In this document: piece after piece, positions 23,605-34,003 of the stretch
Position numbering within the stretch: the first letter of the stretch is position 1
How the letters are laid out: each line of letters starts with the position of its first letter
DNA from: an uncultured Gemmataceae bacterium
Lineage (GTDB): Bacteria > Planctomycetota > Planctomycetia > Gemmatales > Gemmataceae
DNA length: 64,000 bases
Direction of reading: 5' to 3'
Assembly: GCA_963750165.1 (NCBI GenBank)
Contig: CAVVPN010000012.1
Coordinates: forward strand, 1,152,001-1,216,000
The notes under the pieces: generated by a model
Databases searched by the model: none
What the model was told of the DNA's origin: nothing
The model's input: only the letters and a program-made list of their open reading frames with translations
Translations under genes and position numbers: made by a program

Positions 23605-25056
23605 TCAAACCGCTGGCGGCGACGGTTCTGGCGGTGCGAGTTGAACTTCCGGCGGCTGGTAGTGCGTGCATCCCGGCAGCCGCACGGTCACCTCCGTGCC
23701 GCGACCGGGCACGCTCGTGATCTCAATGGTCCCCTGGTGGGCCGCGACGATGGTCTGGCAAATGCTCAGGCCGAGCCCCGTGCCGCGGGTGTTCCCCTGC
23801 CGCCCCCGCCCCTTGTCGCCACGGTAGAAGCGCTCGAAGACGTGCGGCAGGTCCTCGGCCGCGATGCCGGCGCCGCTGTCGGCCACGCGCAGCACGGCCG
23901 CCCCGGCCTCCTCGACCAGCGTCACGCGGACGCGACCGGGGGCGGGGGTGTACTTGGTGGCGTTGTCGAGCAGGTTGTTAATCACCTGCCACAGGTAGCC
24001 GGCGTCGCCCGGGACGAGCAGCGGTTCCAGGCGTTCGATCTGTAACTCGACCCCGGCCACCTCCGCTACTCCCTGGAACATCTCCGCCGAGCGGCGCACG
24101 ACCTCGTCCAGCTGCACGGGCTTCGGGGCGTTGCACACCTGGCCCACGTCGCCCTCCGCGAGCAGGAGCAGGCGATTCACCAGCAGCCGCAGGCCGCTCG
24201 CCTCCTCCAGCAGGTCGGACAGAACCTCCTGATACTCCGCCGCGCTGCGCTCGGCGTTGAGCGCGACCTGCATGCCGCTGTACATGGCGGTCAGGGGCGA
24301 GCGCAGCTCGTGAGCGGCGTTGGCAGTGAACTCTCGCATCTGTTCGATGTAGCGGGCGATGCGGTCGAGCAGGCCGTTGATGGTCTGCGAGAGCTGGTCC
24401 AGCTCGTCGTGACTGTCGCGGATGGGGAGGCGCTCCTTGAGGTGATCGGGCTGCAGCCGGGCCGTGGTGGCGATGATGAGGGCCAGCGGCCGGGTGGCGC
24501 GTCCGGCCAGCAGGAAGCCGCCCAGCGGCGCCAGCAGCAGTGCCAGGCAGCCGACGCCGATCATGAGCCGGGTGAAGCGGGTCAGGTCGTGGTTGGCGTG
24601 CCGCAGCGAGCAGCCGACCTGCATAACCCGGCCGCCCCCGGGCGCGGCGATCCGCCGGTGGACGAAGCGGTAATCGCCAACCGTGAAAAACTGGCCATCC
24701 CCGGCTGGCGTCAGGAAGGCGACCTCCAGGCCCGGAGCGTGGACGCTGCTCCAGAGGAGCCGGCCGTCGATGGTGAAGAGTTGCACGAAGAGGCCGCGAC
24801 GCGGGTGACCGGCGGCGCGGTGGTTGAGGAGCAAACGCGCCGCTGGCGCGTCCGGATCGTCGTCCGGGAGGTCGATGGTGGCGGCGTCCAACTCCTCGCC
24901 GATGAACTCGTCCACCATCTGGTACAGGGTGAAGCGGAGGCCCTCCCGGAGGGCCAGCAGGGTGACCAACACCAGGGCGGCGAGGACGACGGTGTTCCAC
25001 AACGTGAGCCGCACGCGCAGGCTGCCCAGGACGGCCCTAAGGCGAGACAATACCAT
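23605..25056 (-). CDS. HAMP sensor histidine kinase (CusS/CzcS-like)
   Basis: Two TMs, AAHELRSPL, NLLDNATKY, DSGAGI and GTGLGLSI boxes. Confidence 0.92.
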   Translation of the reverse strand: MVLSRLRAVLGSLRVRLTLWNTVVLAALVLVTLLALREGLRFTLYQMVDEFIGEELDAATIDLPDDDPDAPAARLLLNHRAAGHPRRGLFVQLFTIDGRLLWSSVHAPGLEVAFLTPAGDGQFFTVGDYRFVHRRIAAPGGGRVMQVGCSLRHANHDLTRFTRLMIGVGCLALLLAPLGGFLLAGRATRPLALIIATTARLQPDHLKERLPIRDSHDELDQLSQTINGLLDRIARYIEQMREFTANAAHELRSPLTAMYSGMQVALNAERSAAEYQEVLSDLLEEASGLRLLVNRLLLLAEGDVGQVCNAPKPVQLDEVVRRSAEMFQGVAEVAGVELQIERLEPLLVPGDAGYLWQVINNLLDNATKYTPAPGRVRVTLVEEAGAAVLRVADSGAGIAAEDLPHVFERFYRGDKGRGRQGNTRGTGLGLSICQTIVAAHQGTIEITSVPGRGTEVTVRLPGCTHYQPPEVQLAPPEPSPPAV

Positions 25057-25708
25057 AGCCGCGCCCTCGCACGGTTCGGATGGCGGAGGTGGTGTACCCG
25101 CGGTCCAGCTTGGCCCGCAGGCGGTTGATGTGGACCTCGATCACGTTGGTCACGCCGTCCCAGTCGGCGCGCCAGAGGTGCTCGCACAGCATCTTCCGCG
25201 TCACCACCTGGCCGGCGTGCCGCATCAGGAATTCGAGCAGGCTGAACTCGGTCGGCGTGAGGTCAATTTCGCGCTCCGCCCGGGTGACGCGGTGGCGGGC
25301 CAGGTCGAGTCGCAGGTCGCCCACCTCGAGAACCGGCGCCGGCCGGCGCATCGAGCGGCGGCACACCGCCTCCAGGCGCGCCAGCAACTCGGCGAAGTCG
25401 AACGGCTTGACGAGGTAGTCGTCGGCGCCGTCCTGCAGGCCCTGGACGCGGTCCTGCACGGTGCCCAGGGCGGTCAGCAGGATGACGGGGGTTTGAATGC
25501 CGGCCTGTCGCAATTCGCGGAGCACGTCGCGGCCGTCCATGCCCGGCAGCAGCTGGTCCAGGACGAGGGCGTCGTACTGCTGCGAGCGCGCCCTGTCGAG
25601 CCCGGCCTTGCCGTCGGTCACCCAGTCGGACTCGATCCCCATCTCGGCGAAACCGGAGTGCAGCGATTTCCCAGTCATCGGGTCGTCTTCGATCACGAGT
25701 ACGTGCAT
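25037..25708 (-). CDS. OmpR-family response regulator (CusR-like)
   Basis: VIEDD, LDQLLP, GADDYLVKPF and IRTVRGRGY motifs. Confidence 0.92.
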   Translation of the reverse strand: MHVLVIEDDPMTGKSLHSGFAEMGIESDWVTDGKAGLDRARSQQYDALVLDQLLPGMDGRDVLRELRQAGIQTPVILLTALGTVQDRVQGLQDGADDYLVKPFDFAELLARLEAVCRRSMRRPAPVLEVGDLRLDLARHRVTRAEREIDLTPTEFSLLEFLMRHAGQVVTRKMLCEHLWRADWDGVTNVIEVHINRLRAKLDRGYTTSAIRTVRGRGYGIVSP

Positions 25709-26071
25709 GCCTTTGTCCCTTCCGAGGCAAAGAGCCTGTCCGTTGAAACACCCATCTCCAGGTTCAGGATACCGCATTCGCTGCATCGGGTAGGTTTTTC
25801 TGGGATTGCTGACTCGCTGGTCGAGTCGTTCGTGTGCTTCCACTGGCGGCCGGGGAAACTCACCCTAATTTATTACCTTGTGGGGCCCTCACAACCAAGG
25901 GGGCACCAGTTAACGGATTTGTAATCCCGCAAATTCCCGAAGCGTGCGGGGCTTCGGCCTGGTGCAGGAACGGCATAACCACGGAGTGTGGCGCCAGGCA
26001 CTGCGCGAAGCAGGAGACGACCTTGATGCCTCTGGACGCTGACCGCCGATCTGAAGCAAGGGAGACTTGAC

Positions 26072-27178
26072 GTGGTGGATACCCCCCTCGGCCGCGGCCC
26101 CGGGCGCCCGGTGAAGCGCCGCACACGCACGTTTCGGCCCAACTACCTGTCGTTCGCCGGGACATACCAGTGCAACCTGAGCTGTCCTCATTGCTGCGTG
26201 CCGATCGAATGGCCCGACCGGTTGCCGATCCCGGCGGCGCTGCGCTTCCTGGAAGACGCGCGCACCTTCGGCATCGAAATCCTCGGCTTCACCGGCGGCG
26301 AGCCATTCCTCTACCCGGAATTCGTGCGCACGCTGTGCCGCCGGGCGGTCGAGCTGGGCTTTCGCTTCGACAAGATCATGACCAACGGCGTCTGGTTCCG
26401 GGACGCCGCGGAACTGGAGACGGTGCTCCGCGACCTGGCCGCGACCGGCTTCAGCGGCAAACTCGGCCTGAGCGTGGACAAGTTCCACGGCGTCCACACC
26501 CCGCAGCTGGCGGCGTTTTGCCGCACCGCCCGCCGGGTCTTCGACCGCGACAACATCGTGTCGATCTCCTACGCCAGTCGGCGGCCGGACCAGGGGCTGG
26601 AGCCGGTCCACGCACTGGCGCAGGAGCTGGGCGCCGTCGTGGACTGGTCGCCGCTGCTGCACCGTTATCTGCTGGTGTCGCCGGAGCTGACGGTGACGCT
26701 GAACTGGAATGCGTTGGCCGCGGTGGAGCGAGCCGAGAAGCTGACCGGGGCGTGGGACGGCGCGTGGTTCGAGGAGGACTACTGCGAGGGCCCGGGCCAG
26801 GCGCTGATCGTGACGCCGCGCGGCGAGGTCAAGCCGTGCTGCGGCTTCGCGTCGGACCTGGACCAGCTGACGATCGGCAACATTCAAAGCGACACGGTGG
26901 CGCAGATTGTCGAGCGCGCGCGGCGGCACCCGTATGTCGGCAAGGTGTTCCGCGCGGGGCTAACCGCCATCCGCGACGAAATCCTCGCGCACGACCCGGC
27001 GGCGCTGCCGGGGGCGACATCCAATCATTGCTACTTCTGCTGGTACGTGCTGACGCGCGGGCTGGCGGCGGGGGTACACGGCGGCGGCGGCCAGGTCGGC
27101 GGCTGGACGGGAGCGCGGCCGAACTTCGCGGGGGAGCTGGTGCAGGTGGGGACGCTGAATTTGCGGCCGGGCACGTGA
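26072..27178 (+). CDS. Radical SAM protein with C-terminal SPASM/twitch-like domain
   Basis: CNLSCPHC, FTGGEPFL and C...GEVKPCC...IGNI...HCYFC motifs. Confidence 0.85.
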   Translation: MVDTPLGRGPGRPVKRRTRTFRPNYLSFAGTYQCNLSCPHCCVPIEWPDRLPIPAALRFLEDARTFGIEILGFTGGEPFLYPEFVRTLCRRAVELGFRFDKIMTNGVWFRDAAELETVLRDLAATGFSGKLGLSVDKFHGVHTPQLAAFCRTARRVFDRDNIVSISYASRRPDQGLEPVHALAQELGAVVDWSPLLHRYLLVSPELTVTLNWNALAAVERAEKLTGAWDGAWFEEDYCEGPGQALIVTPRGEVKPCCGFASDLDQLTIGNIQSDTVAQIVERARRHPYVGKVFRAGLTAIRDEILAHDPAALPGATSNHCYFCWYVLTRGLAAGVHGGGGQVGGWTGARPNFAGELVQVGTLNLRPGT

Positions 27179-27198
27179 TCCACTGACGGGAGTGCTTG

Positions 27199-29324
27199 CT
27201 ACCCGGCGGCGCCCGCCAGCTGCCGCAGTGCCGCGCTCGGCGTGAAGCGCGGCCCGTGTGCCTGCGCCAGCCGCTCCAGCGCCGTCACGATGTCGGCGAC
27301 GCCGCGCTGCCGGGCGTAGTGCAGCGGGCCGCCACGGTGCGGCGCCCAGCCCGCGCCCAGCACCAGCGCCAGATCCAGCGCGTCCGCGTTGTCCACCAGC
27401 CCTTCGCTCAGGCACAGCGCCGCCTCGTTGACGCTCAGCGTCACCAGCCGCTCGCGGGCCGCAGCCATCTCGTCGGCCGGCGTGCCGGTCACCGCGGTCG
27501 CCGTTGGGTCGCGCACCAGGGCCAGCACAGCGGGGTTCGGCCGCGGTTTGCCACGGCGGTGGCGGTAGAACCCCTGACCGCTCTTGGCGCCGAGCCAGCC
27601 GAGCGCCTGCATTTTCTCCAGCACGCCCGCCGCCGGCAGGCGGTCGCCGAAGACCGATTGCAGCGCCCGCGTCGCCGCCGCGGCCACGTCCAGGCCGACC
27701 TGGTCCAGCACCTCCAGCGGCCCGCGCGGCATACCGAAGCGTCGCAGCGCTTCATCGATCAGCTCGACGCGCATGCCGCCGCGCAACAGCAGCAGCGCCT
27801 CGTTGAAGTACGGCGCCAGCACCCGGTTGACGACGAAGCCGGGGCTGTCCTGGACGCGCACCGGCACCTTGCCGAGCTTGCCGACGAAGTCCGTCAGGCG
27901 GTCGCTGACCTCCGCCCGCGTCGCCGGCGTGCGCACCACCTCGACGAGCGGCATCTGATGGACGGGGTTGAAGAAGTGCAGTCCCGCGACGCGCCCGGAT
28001 GCTGCAACCCCTGCTGCAAGTCGGCGACCCGCAGTGACGAGGTGTTCGTCGCCAGGATGGTCGAGGGCGACGTGTGCTTTTCCAGGTCGCGGAAGACGGC
28101 CTGCTTGGCGGCCAGGTCCTCGACGATCACTTCAATCACCAGGTCCAGGTCGCCGAAGCCGCCCCAGTCCGACTTGACGTGCAGCCGCTTGTCGAGGCAA
28201 AGCTTCATCTCCTCAGCCGTGAGCAGGCCGACCTCCACCGCCTTGTTCATCAGGGCGTAGAGCCGAAACATGCCCAGGCCCAGGGCGGTCTTGTTCACCT
28301 CGCGCACCACCACGTCGCAGCTCTTGAGCAGCGCCAGCTGGATGATGCCGACGCCCATGACGCCGGCGCCGATGACACCGACGCGGCGAATGACCTCCGC
28401 CCGCGCTTCCGGCCGCGGCCTGCGTAGCTCCTCGTGCTGCAGGAACAGGCCGATGAGGTTGCGGCTCGCGTTCGATGTGGCCAGCCGGCCGACGGCGGCG
28501 CTCTCGGCGGCCAGGCCGGCATCGAAGCCCTGCGTCACGCCGGTGCAGACGGCGCGGAACGCTTCCCACGGCGCCGGCATGTCGTCGGGCACCTTGCGGG
28601 CCAGCACGTGCTCGGTGCCGCGAAAGAGAAAGCTGCGGCCCAGGCCGTTCGATTCCAGCAGCCACTGCCGCCAGGTCCGCAGCGGCAACCGCGTCAGCGG
28701 CCGCTTGACGGGGTGCTGCAGGACCGCCGGCGGCCCCTCGTCTGGCGTGTCCGCGGTGGCGTCGGCCAGGCCCCAGCGCAGCGCCTCGTCGGCCTTGAGG
28801 CGGCGGGCGCCGAGGATCATTTGCAGCCCGCGCTCCAGGCCGACGACGCGCGGCAGTCGCTGCGTGCCGCCCCAGGCGGGCAGCAGGCCCAGCTCGACCT
28901 CGGGCAGTCCCAGTTGCGTCCGCGGGTTGGCGATGACGACGCGGTAATCGCAGGCCAGCGCCAGTTCCAGGCCGCCGCCCAGGCAGGCGCCCTCGATCAT
29001 GGCGACGGTCGGCTGCGGCAGTGCCGCCAGTTTGGCGAACAGCTGCTGGCCGCGCTGCGACAGCCGCTGCGCCTCCTCTGCGGCCGCGACCGCGGCGAGT
29101 TCGCGCACGTCGGCACCGGCGATGAAGGTACCGGGCTTGCCGCTGCGGATCACCAGGAGACGGATGGACGTTTCGGCGGCGATGCGGTCGAGGGCCAGTT
29201 CGAGGTCGTCGAGGACCTGGCGCCCGAGGACGTTGACGCTGCGGCCGGGCACGTCGAGCACCAGGGCCGCGACGCCGTCCGCGAGTTGATTGACCCAGAG
29301 GGTCTGCGCTTGAAACCAGGCCAT
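27199..29324 (-). CDS. Fatty-acid oxidation complex alpha subunit (enoyl-CoA hydratase/3-hydroxyacyl-CoA dehydrogenase, FadB/FadJ-like), frameshift near 27990
   Basis: FIAGADV, GGGLELALAC, LPEVELG, GAGVMG, ATNTSSL, MPLVEVV and PGFVVNR motifs. Confidence 0.88.
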
Positions 29325-29425
29325 GCCGTCGCCCCCGCTCGTGCCCGTGAGGTCCGTCGGGGTCAGCGTAGCGGCTTTTCGCGGGGAAGCAACCGCCGCG
29401 GACGGCGCCCATCCGCGTTGCGTCT

Positions 29426-29599
29426 TCACACCCTTTGCCGGAGCGGTAGAATCCCAGGGTAGTCTGTCTGGCCGGCCGACCAGGCGCCGGCTTGTTTGGA
29501 GCGAACGAGCCGCGGTTCGCCGGGTTGCGCCAGCGCGGCGGCAGGGAAAAAGCTGACCGCCAGCGCGGCGACCAGCCAGCAAGCAACACTGCGATGCAT
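29426..29599 (-). pseudogene. Truncated secreted-protein gene (G8-domain-like N-terminus)
   Basis: Own translation (below the ORF-track cutoff): RBS gagga, then MHRSVACWLVAALAVSFFPAAALAQPGEPRLVRSKQAGAWSAGQTDYPGILPLRQRV*. Confidence 0.45.
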
Positions 29600-29635
29600 G
29601 TCGAGTTCCTCAACAAGGGAAGTTCCATCGCCGCA

Positions 29636-30040
29636 TCAGGGAGCGCTCAGGGCAAACGGGTTGAGGTCATTCCGACCGGTCTGGATGGTGACTTTGGTGA
29701 AGGCTTTGGCGAGGCTGTCGTAGCGGCCGCGCAAGCGATCCCCTTTTTGAATCTCCTCGCCGCCGTTGATTTCGTACACCGGCCAGACGATTGTGACTGC
29801 GTATTCGCCGACCGGCACCCCGCCCTTGCCGCTCAGCTCAAAACTGCCGTCGGCCTGCGTCTCGGCGCTCGGGCGCAGCGGGGAGCCAGCGACCGGCACG
29901 AAGATCACCCTGGCCCGCGCCGCCGGCCGGCCGTTGACCAGCACCTTGCCGAAAACGGGATGTCGGTTCTCCGGTTGGGAGCAGCCCGCCAGGAGTGCCA
30001 GTGCCAAAACGCCACCTCGGAACCAGGGAGTTTTCGCCAT
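29636..30040 (-). CDS. Carboxypeptidase-regulatory-like domain lipoprotein (usual DUF1559 partner)
   Basis: LAGC lipobox; PVFGKVLVNGRPA, TQADGSFEL and GEYAVTI motifs. Confidence 0.8.
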   Translation of the reverse strand: MAKTPWFRGGVLALALLAGCSQPENRHPVFGKVLVNGRPAARARVIFVPVAGSPLRPSAETQADGSFELSGKGGVPVGEYAVTIVWPVYEINGGEEIQKGDRLRGRYDSLAKAFTKVTIQTGRNDLNPFALSAP

Positions 30041-30086
30041 CGCTTGCTGTACCCTTCCCAGCCTCAGACCGTACGGGGAGAAGTCA

Positions 30087-31083
30087 TCAATAGTCGGTGA
30101 CAGAAACAACCTCCCGGCCGTCGCGGCTGAACAGCTGCATCAAGGTGAGCACCGGGATGCTGGCGCTGATGAAGCGGACGCTGCCGTCGCAGAAGGCGAA
30201 GTTGGCGCCGCCGGAGTGGAAGGTGTAGACGCCCGCGGAGTTGTTGCAGTTGATCGAGCAGTCGGTGCCCGCCGCGGTCCCGGTCGCGTTGTAGCCGGTG
30301 ACGGCGTAGGCGTTGAACGACGCCCACGGCCCCCACCAGTACGGGTTCGACATGCCGGCGTTCGTCGCCTGCTGGACGCCCAGGATGTAATAATCCGGCC
30401 GGCCGGCGCACTCGTTCATGAGGATCGTGTTGGACGTGCCATCGACGATTTTGGCGATGGGGGTCGGGTTGCCGTACGGGTCGAGCGCGGGGCTCGTGCT
30501 GCCGACGCCCGTGACGTTCTGGACCGACCAGGGGGTGAAATAGTCGCCGTAATACGCGATCCCCGGCGCTGGCGGGGATGTCACAGTTGGTCGTACTGAA
30601 GCCGCTGGTGCCCAGCGCCACGGTCGTGGTCCGAAACCCGGACGGCGTCGCGGGGCACACGTACACGGAGATCGGCTGACTGACCACCGGCTGATTGACA
30701 CTCGCCGCCCAGTTGCCCCAGGTCGCCTTCGGATAAAATTGAAACTGCGAGTACAGGTTATCCTGTTCGATGTAGGGGAGCAACTCCACCCCCCAGCCGT
30801 GTCCGTTGGAAGCGGACCCCCCTGGCTGATCGATGGTCCCGGCCAGGGCACCGGAGGTCACGTAAATGACCCGGGCCGGCGGCAGCGATTTTTTGGCGTC
30901 CAGATAGGAATGCGTAGCCGTCCCGATCTGCTTGAGGTTGTTGGCGCATTGTGTTAACTGGGCCGCCGCGCGCACCTTCTGGACGGCGGGCAGGAGCAGG
31001 CCGATGAGGATGGCGATGATCGCAATCACCACCAGCAACTCGATCAGCGTGAACGCGGTGGGGGACGGGGACCGTTGGCGCAT
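30087..31083 (-). CDS. DUF1559 prepilin-type N-methylation/H-X9-DG protein (frameshift near 30570)
   Basis: [38 protein letters not shown] and [16 protein letters not shown]. Confidence 0.9.
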
Positions 31084-31211
31084 GAAAACCTCCGAAAAGA
31101 ACAGCTTCGCGCGAAGAGCGTCCGGTAACGGGATCGACTCCCGCCGCACACTCCCGGGGAAAGCAAAAGCGCTTGTGCGAGCCCAGTCGTCAGGCCGGCG
31201 TTCCTGTTAGC

Positions 31212-31327
31212 GCGGATTGCAGGTGCGTGTAGCGGGTAGTAGGTCCGGCGAGCCGAGCCGGACCCGCAGCGGGTGCCGCTCGGCTCGCGGCACCTACCCC
31301 AGACCGCTACACCCAACCGCAATCCGC
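31212..31327. repeat. Nested palindrome (GTAG-type REP pair inside an outer inverted repeat)
   Basis: gcggattgc..gtgtagcgg..gtaggt..gcgagccgagc / gctcggctcgc..acctac..ccgctacac..gcaatccgc. Confidence 0.6.
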
Positions 31328-31576
31328 TTTAAGCAAGTGACATACCAACCGCAGACCGCCGCTTTTCCCTGGTTTTCTGCGATCACCGGCGGGGGCGCCG
31401 GGTCAGGTGGTCAATCAGTAACCAGCGGCGGTCAACGGTCGGCCAACATGCGAGGAAGTGCCGTGAGAGAGGATCCTGGCGCTCACTTCAGCGGGCTCCT
31501 CGATCAACTCCGTCTTGCCGCCGCAACAGATGCACGGTCAGCCGCATCGGCTGAAAGGGAAATGGAAAGGGAAAAG

Positions 31577-31628
31577 AGGCGGAGTTCGATATTACGAATC
31601 TCAAAATTTGTAATATCGAACTCCGCCC
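31577..31628. terminator. Strong hairpin with flanking A/T tracts
   Basis: ggcggagttcgatattacgaat-ctcaaa-atttgtaatatcgaactccgcc followed by a T run. Confidence 0.55.
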
Positions 31629-31763
31629 CCTTTTTCGGGTCAGTGCAACTCCAGCACTTTTTTCAGACAGTCCTCGATCTGCCGGATGATCCCGTTGAGG
31701 TAGTCGGCCTGGACAACGAGGGCCGGGCAGGACAGGCAGGGTTCGTTGCCTCTTCTTTGCGCT

Positions 31764-32066
31764 TCAGCAGCGCCAGGCGCGACGCCCCGAGGCCGCGGGC
31801 TGGATGTGGTGATTCCCGCTGATTGTCCACCGGAAGGATTCAAGGAAGGTGGCGGGGACGGCGGGCGGAGCGGGAGGACGCTCATACGTCAGCCAGGAGA
31901 ACCCCAGGCATACGACCGCCAACGTGCCGGTGCCGGCCAGCAATTCCACAAAAACCCACGGGTCGCCGGCAGCCATCCGGGCGACGATGTTCGGCAGACA
32001 CCCCAGCGCCAGCGCGCCGAGGACGACCGGCTCCCAAAACCCCGCGGAGAGCAGCCACCGTTTCAT
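31764..32066 (-). CDS. Small membrane protein
   Basis: Start overlaps the ligase stop (ATGA); two hydrophobic segments. Confidence 0.4.
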   Translation of the reverse strand: MKRWLLSAGFWEPVVLGALALGCLPNIVARMAAGDPWVFVELLAGTGTLAVVCLGFSWLTYERPPAPPAVPATFLESFRWTISGNHHIQPAASGRRAWRC

Positions 32067-33742
32067 CCGCGCTCCCCCTCCCGGGCGCCGGCCTCGCGCA
32101 GCTTGCGGCGCTGCACCTTGCCCAGGAAATTCTTGGGCAGCTCGCTCACCAGCATCAGCCGCCGCGGCCGCTTGTGCTTGCCCAGGTGCTCGGCACAGAA
32201 GCGCTCCAGGCCGGCCAGATCGAACGCCACGCCCGGTCGCGGCACTACCAGCGCCTTGATGATCTCGCCGCGCTCCGCGTCCGGCTCGCCGATCACCGCC
32301 GCCTCCGCCACGTCCGGGTGCCGTCGCAGCACCTCCTCCACCTCCGCCGGCACCACCAGAAAACCGCCTGTCTTGATGATGTCCTTCTTGCGGTCCACCA
32401 CGGTGAAGAAGCCGTCCGCGTCACGCTTCGCCAGGTCGCCGGTGTACAGCCAACCGTCGCGCAGCACCGCCGCCGTCTCGGCCGGGTTGTTGAAGTAGCC
32501 CTTCATCACCTGCGGACCACGCACCACCAGTTCGCCGACCTCGCCGTCCGGCAGTTCGTCGCGGTCCTGTACCGGGTCGAGGATGCGGGCCTCGGTGTCA
32601 GCCACCGGCAGGCCGATGGTGCCGGGCCGGGCGCGGTCGCTCAGCGGGTTGATGTGCGTGACCGGGCTCGCTTCCGACAGGCCGTAGCCCTCGATGAGGT
32701 GTTGCACGCCCGTCTTCTGGAACTCGGCGCGAACCTCCGCCGACAGCGCCGACGCCCCGGAGACGACGCCGCGCAGGAACGACAGATCGCGCGGCTGCTG
32801 ACGCAGGATACGGTTCATGGCGGTGAGCATAAGCGGCACCACCGGGGCCAGATCGACACGGTGCCGCACCAGCAGGTCCAGCACGGCGCGCGGCTCGAAG
32901 CGCGGCACCAGATGCACGGTGGCCGCCTTGGCGAAGCTCGCCAGCAGGCACGCGGACAGGCCGAAGGCGTGGAAGATCGGCAGCGCCGCCAGCACGCCGT
33001 CGGTGCCGTCGGCGCCGCCGTCCCAGGCGCGGACCTGCAGGGCGTTCGCGATCAGGTTGGAGTGCGTCAGCATCACCGCCTTGGGCGCCGCCGTGGTGCC
33101 GCCGGTCGGGGCCAGCACCGCCACGTCCTCTTCCGGCGTGATGGTCGGGGTCAGCGGCCGGGCCGGCGTGTGCAGCAGGTGGTCGAAGACATGGACCTTG
33201 CCGCGGTCGCGCAGCCGCAGCGGGCCACCCCGGCGCCGGCGTTCGATGCGGTACAGCAGCCCCTTCAGGATCGACAGGTGCTCCATCAGCGAGGTCAGGA
33301 CCAGGTGCTCGACGGGGTCTTCTTCCAGCGCCGGATGCACGCCGGCCGCCAGCAGGTCCAGGGCGATGACCACATGGCAGTCCGTCAACTGCAACCAGTG
33401 ACGGATCTCCTCCGCGACCATGAGCGGGCTGAGCTGCAGCGCGGTGGCGCCGGTCAGCCAGGTGGCCTGCAGGGCGACCACATATTCGGGGGAATTCGGC
33501 AGCAACAGGCCGACGCGCTTGCCGGCCCCAACTCCCAGCGCCGCCAGGGCCGCCGCCAGCTTGCGAGCGCGGCCGGCCAGTTCCGCGTAGGTGAAACTCT
33601 CGTGGAACAGCGTGCAGCCGACGCGCTGCGGAAATCGTTCGGCGGCGCCGTCGAGCAGCGAACTGACGGGTGCTCGCGGATAGTCGAGTGTCGTTGGGGC
33701 GCCCTGCGGCTGATCGTGGAGGCGGTCGGGATGCAGATCCAT
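32063..33742 (-). CDS. Long-chain fatty-acid--CoA ligase (FadD-like)
   Basis: TGGTTAAPK, EGYGLSE, LYTGD, DRKKD and LPKNFLGKV motifs. Confidence 0.9.
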   Translation of the reverse strand: MDLHPDRLHDQPQGAPTTLDYPRAPVSSLLDGAAERFPQRVGCTLFHESFTYAELAGRARKLAAALAALGVGAGKRVGLLLPNSPEYVVALQATWLTGATALQLSPLMVAEEIRHWLQLTDCHVVIALDLLAAGVHPALEEDPVEHLVLTSLMEHLSILKGLLYRIERRRRGGPLRLRDRGKVHVFDHLLHTPARPLTPTITPEEDVAVLAPTGGTTAAPKAVMLTHSNLIANALQVRAWDGGADGTDGVLAALPIFHAFGLSACLLASFAKAATVHLVPRFEPRAVLDLLVRHRVDLAPVVPLMLTAMNRILRQQPRDLSFLRGVVSGASALSAEVRAEFQKTGVQHLIEGYGLSEASPVTHINPLSDRARPGTIGLPVADTEARILDPVQDRDELPDGEVGELVVRGPQVMKGYFNNPAETAAVLRDGWLYTGDLAKRDADGFFTVVDRKKDIIKTGGFLVVPAEVEEVLRRHPDVAEAAVIGEPDAERGEIIKALVVPRPGVAFDLAGLERFCAEHLGKHKRPRRLMLVSELPKNFLGKVQRRKLREAGAREGERG

Positions 33743-34003
33743 GTGCGCACGAGTTCCTTTGCCGGGCCGTGGGGCCACGGTCACCAGAGGTAAGCGCTGG
33801 CGGTGACTCGGGGAATGGGCACGCCAGAGGATTGGCGGTAGACGGGGCAATGTCCGATTTGCCGGGTCTGCTTACATTTTACCTCATCGGCGCCGTGCGG
33901 ACAACTGGCGCGCACGCCGTCGGCGCGATTGGCGGACCTGGACCGCCCGCTTAAAATGGCTGGGCCGCATAACCCGACCGCTTCGCCCACCATGAGGCCG
34001 CGC

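Noticed and set aside
25982..26060. tRNA-Pro-like start (cggagtgtggcgc)
   Set aside because: No D-loop, anticodon arm, TTC loop or acceptor-stem pairing follows.
31084..31450. Cobalamin riboswitch upstream of the DUF1559 gene
   Set aside because: No B12-box or core motifs recognised; the structure is explained by a REP-like palindrome.
31440..31760. Short coding-like fragments (e.g. ..YLNGIIRQIEDCLKKVLELH*)
   Set aside because: Too short, with no start signals or recognisable family.
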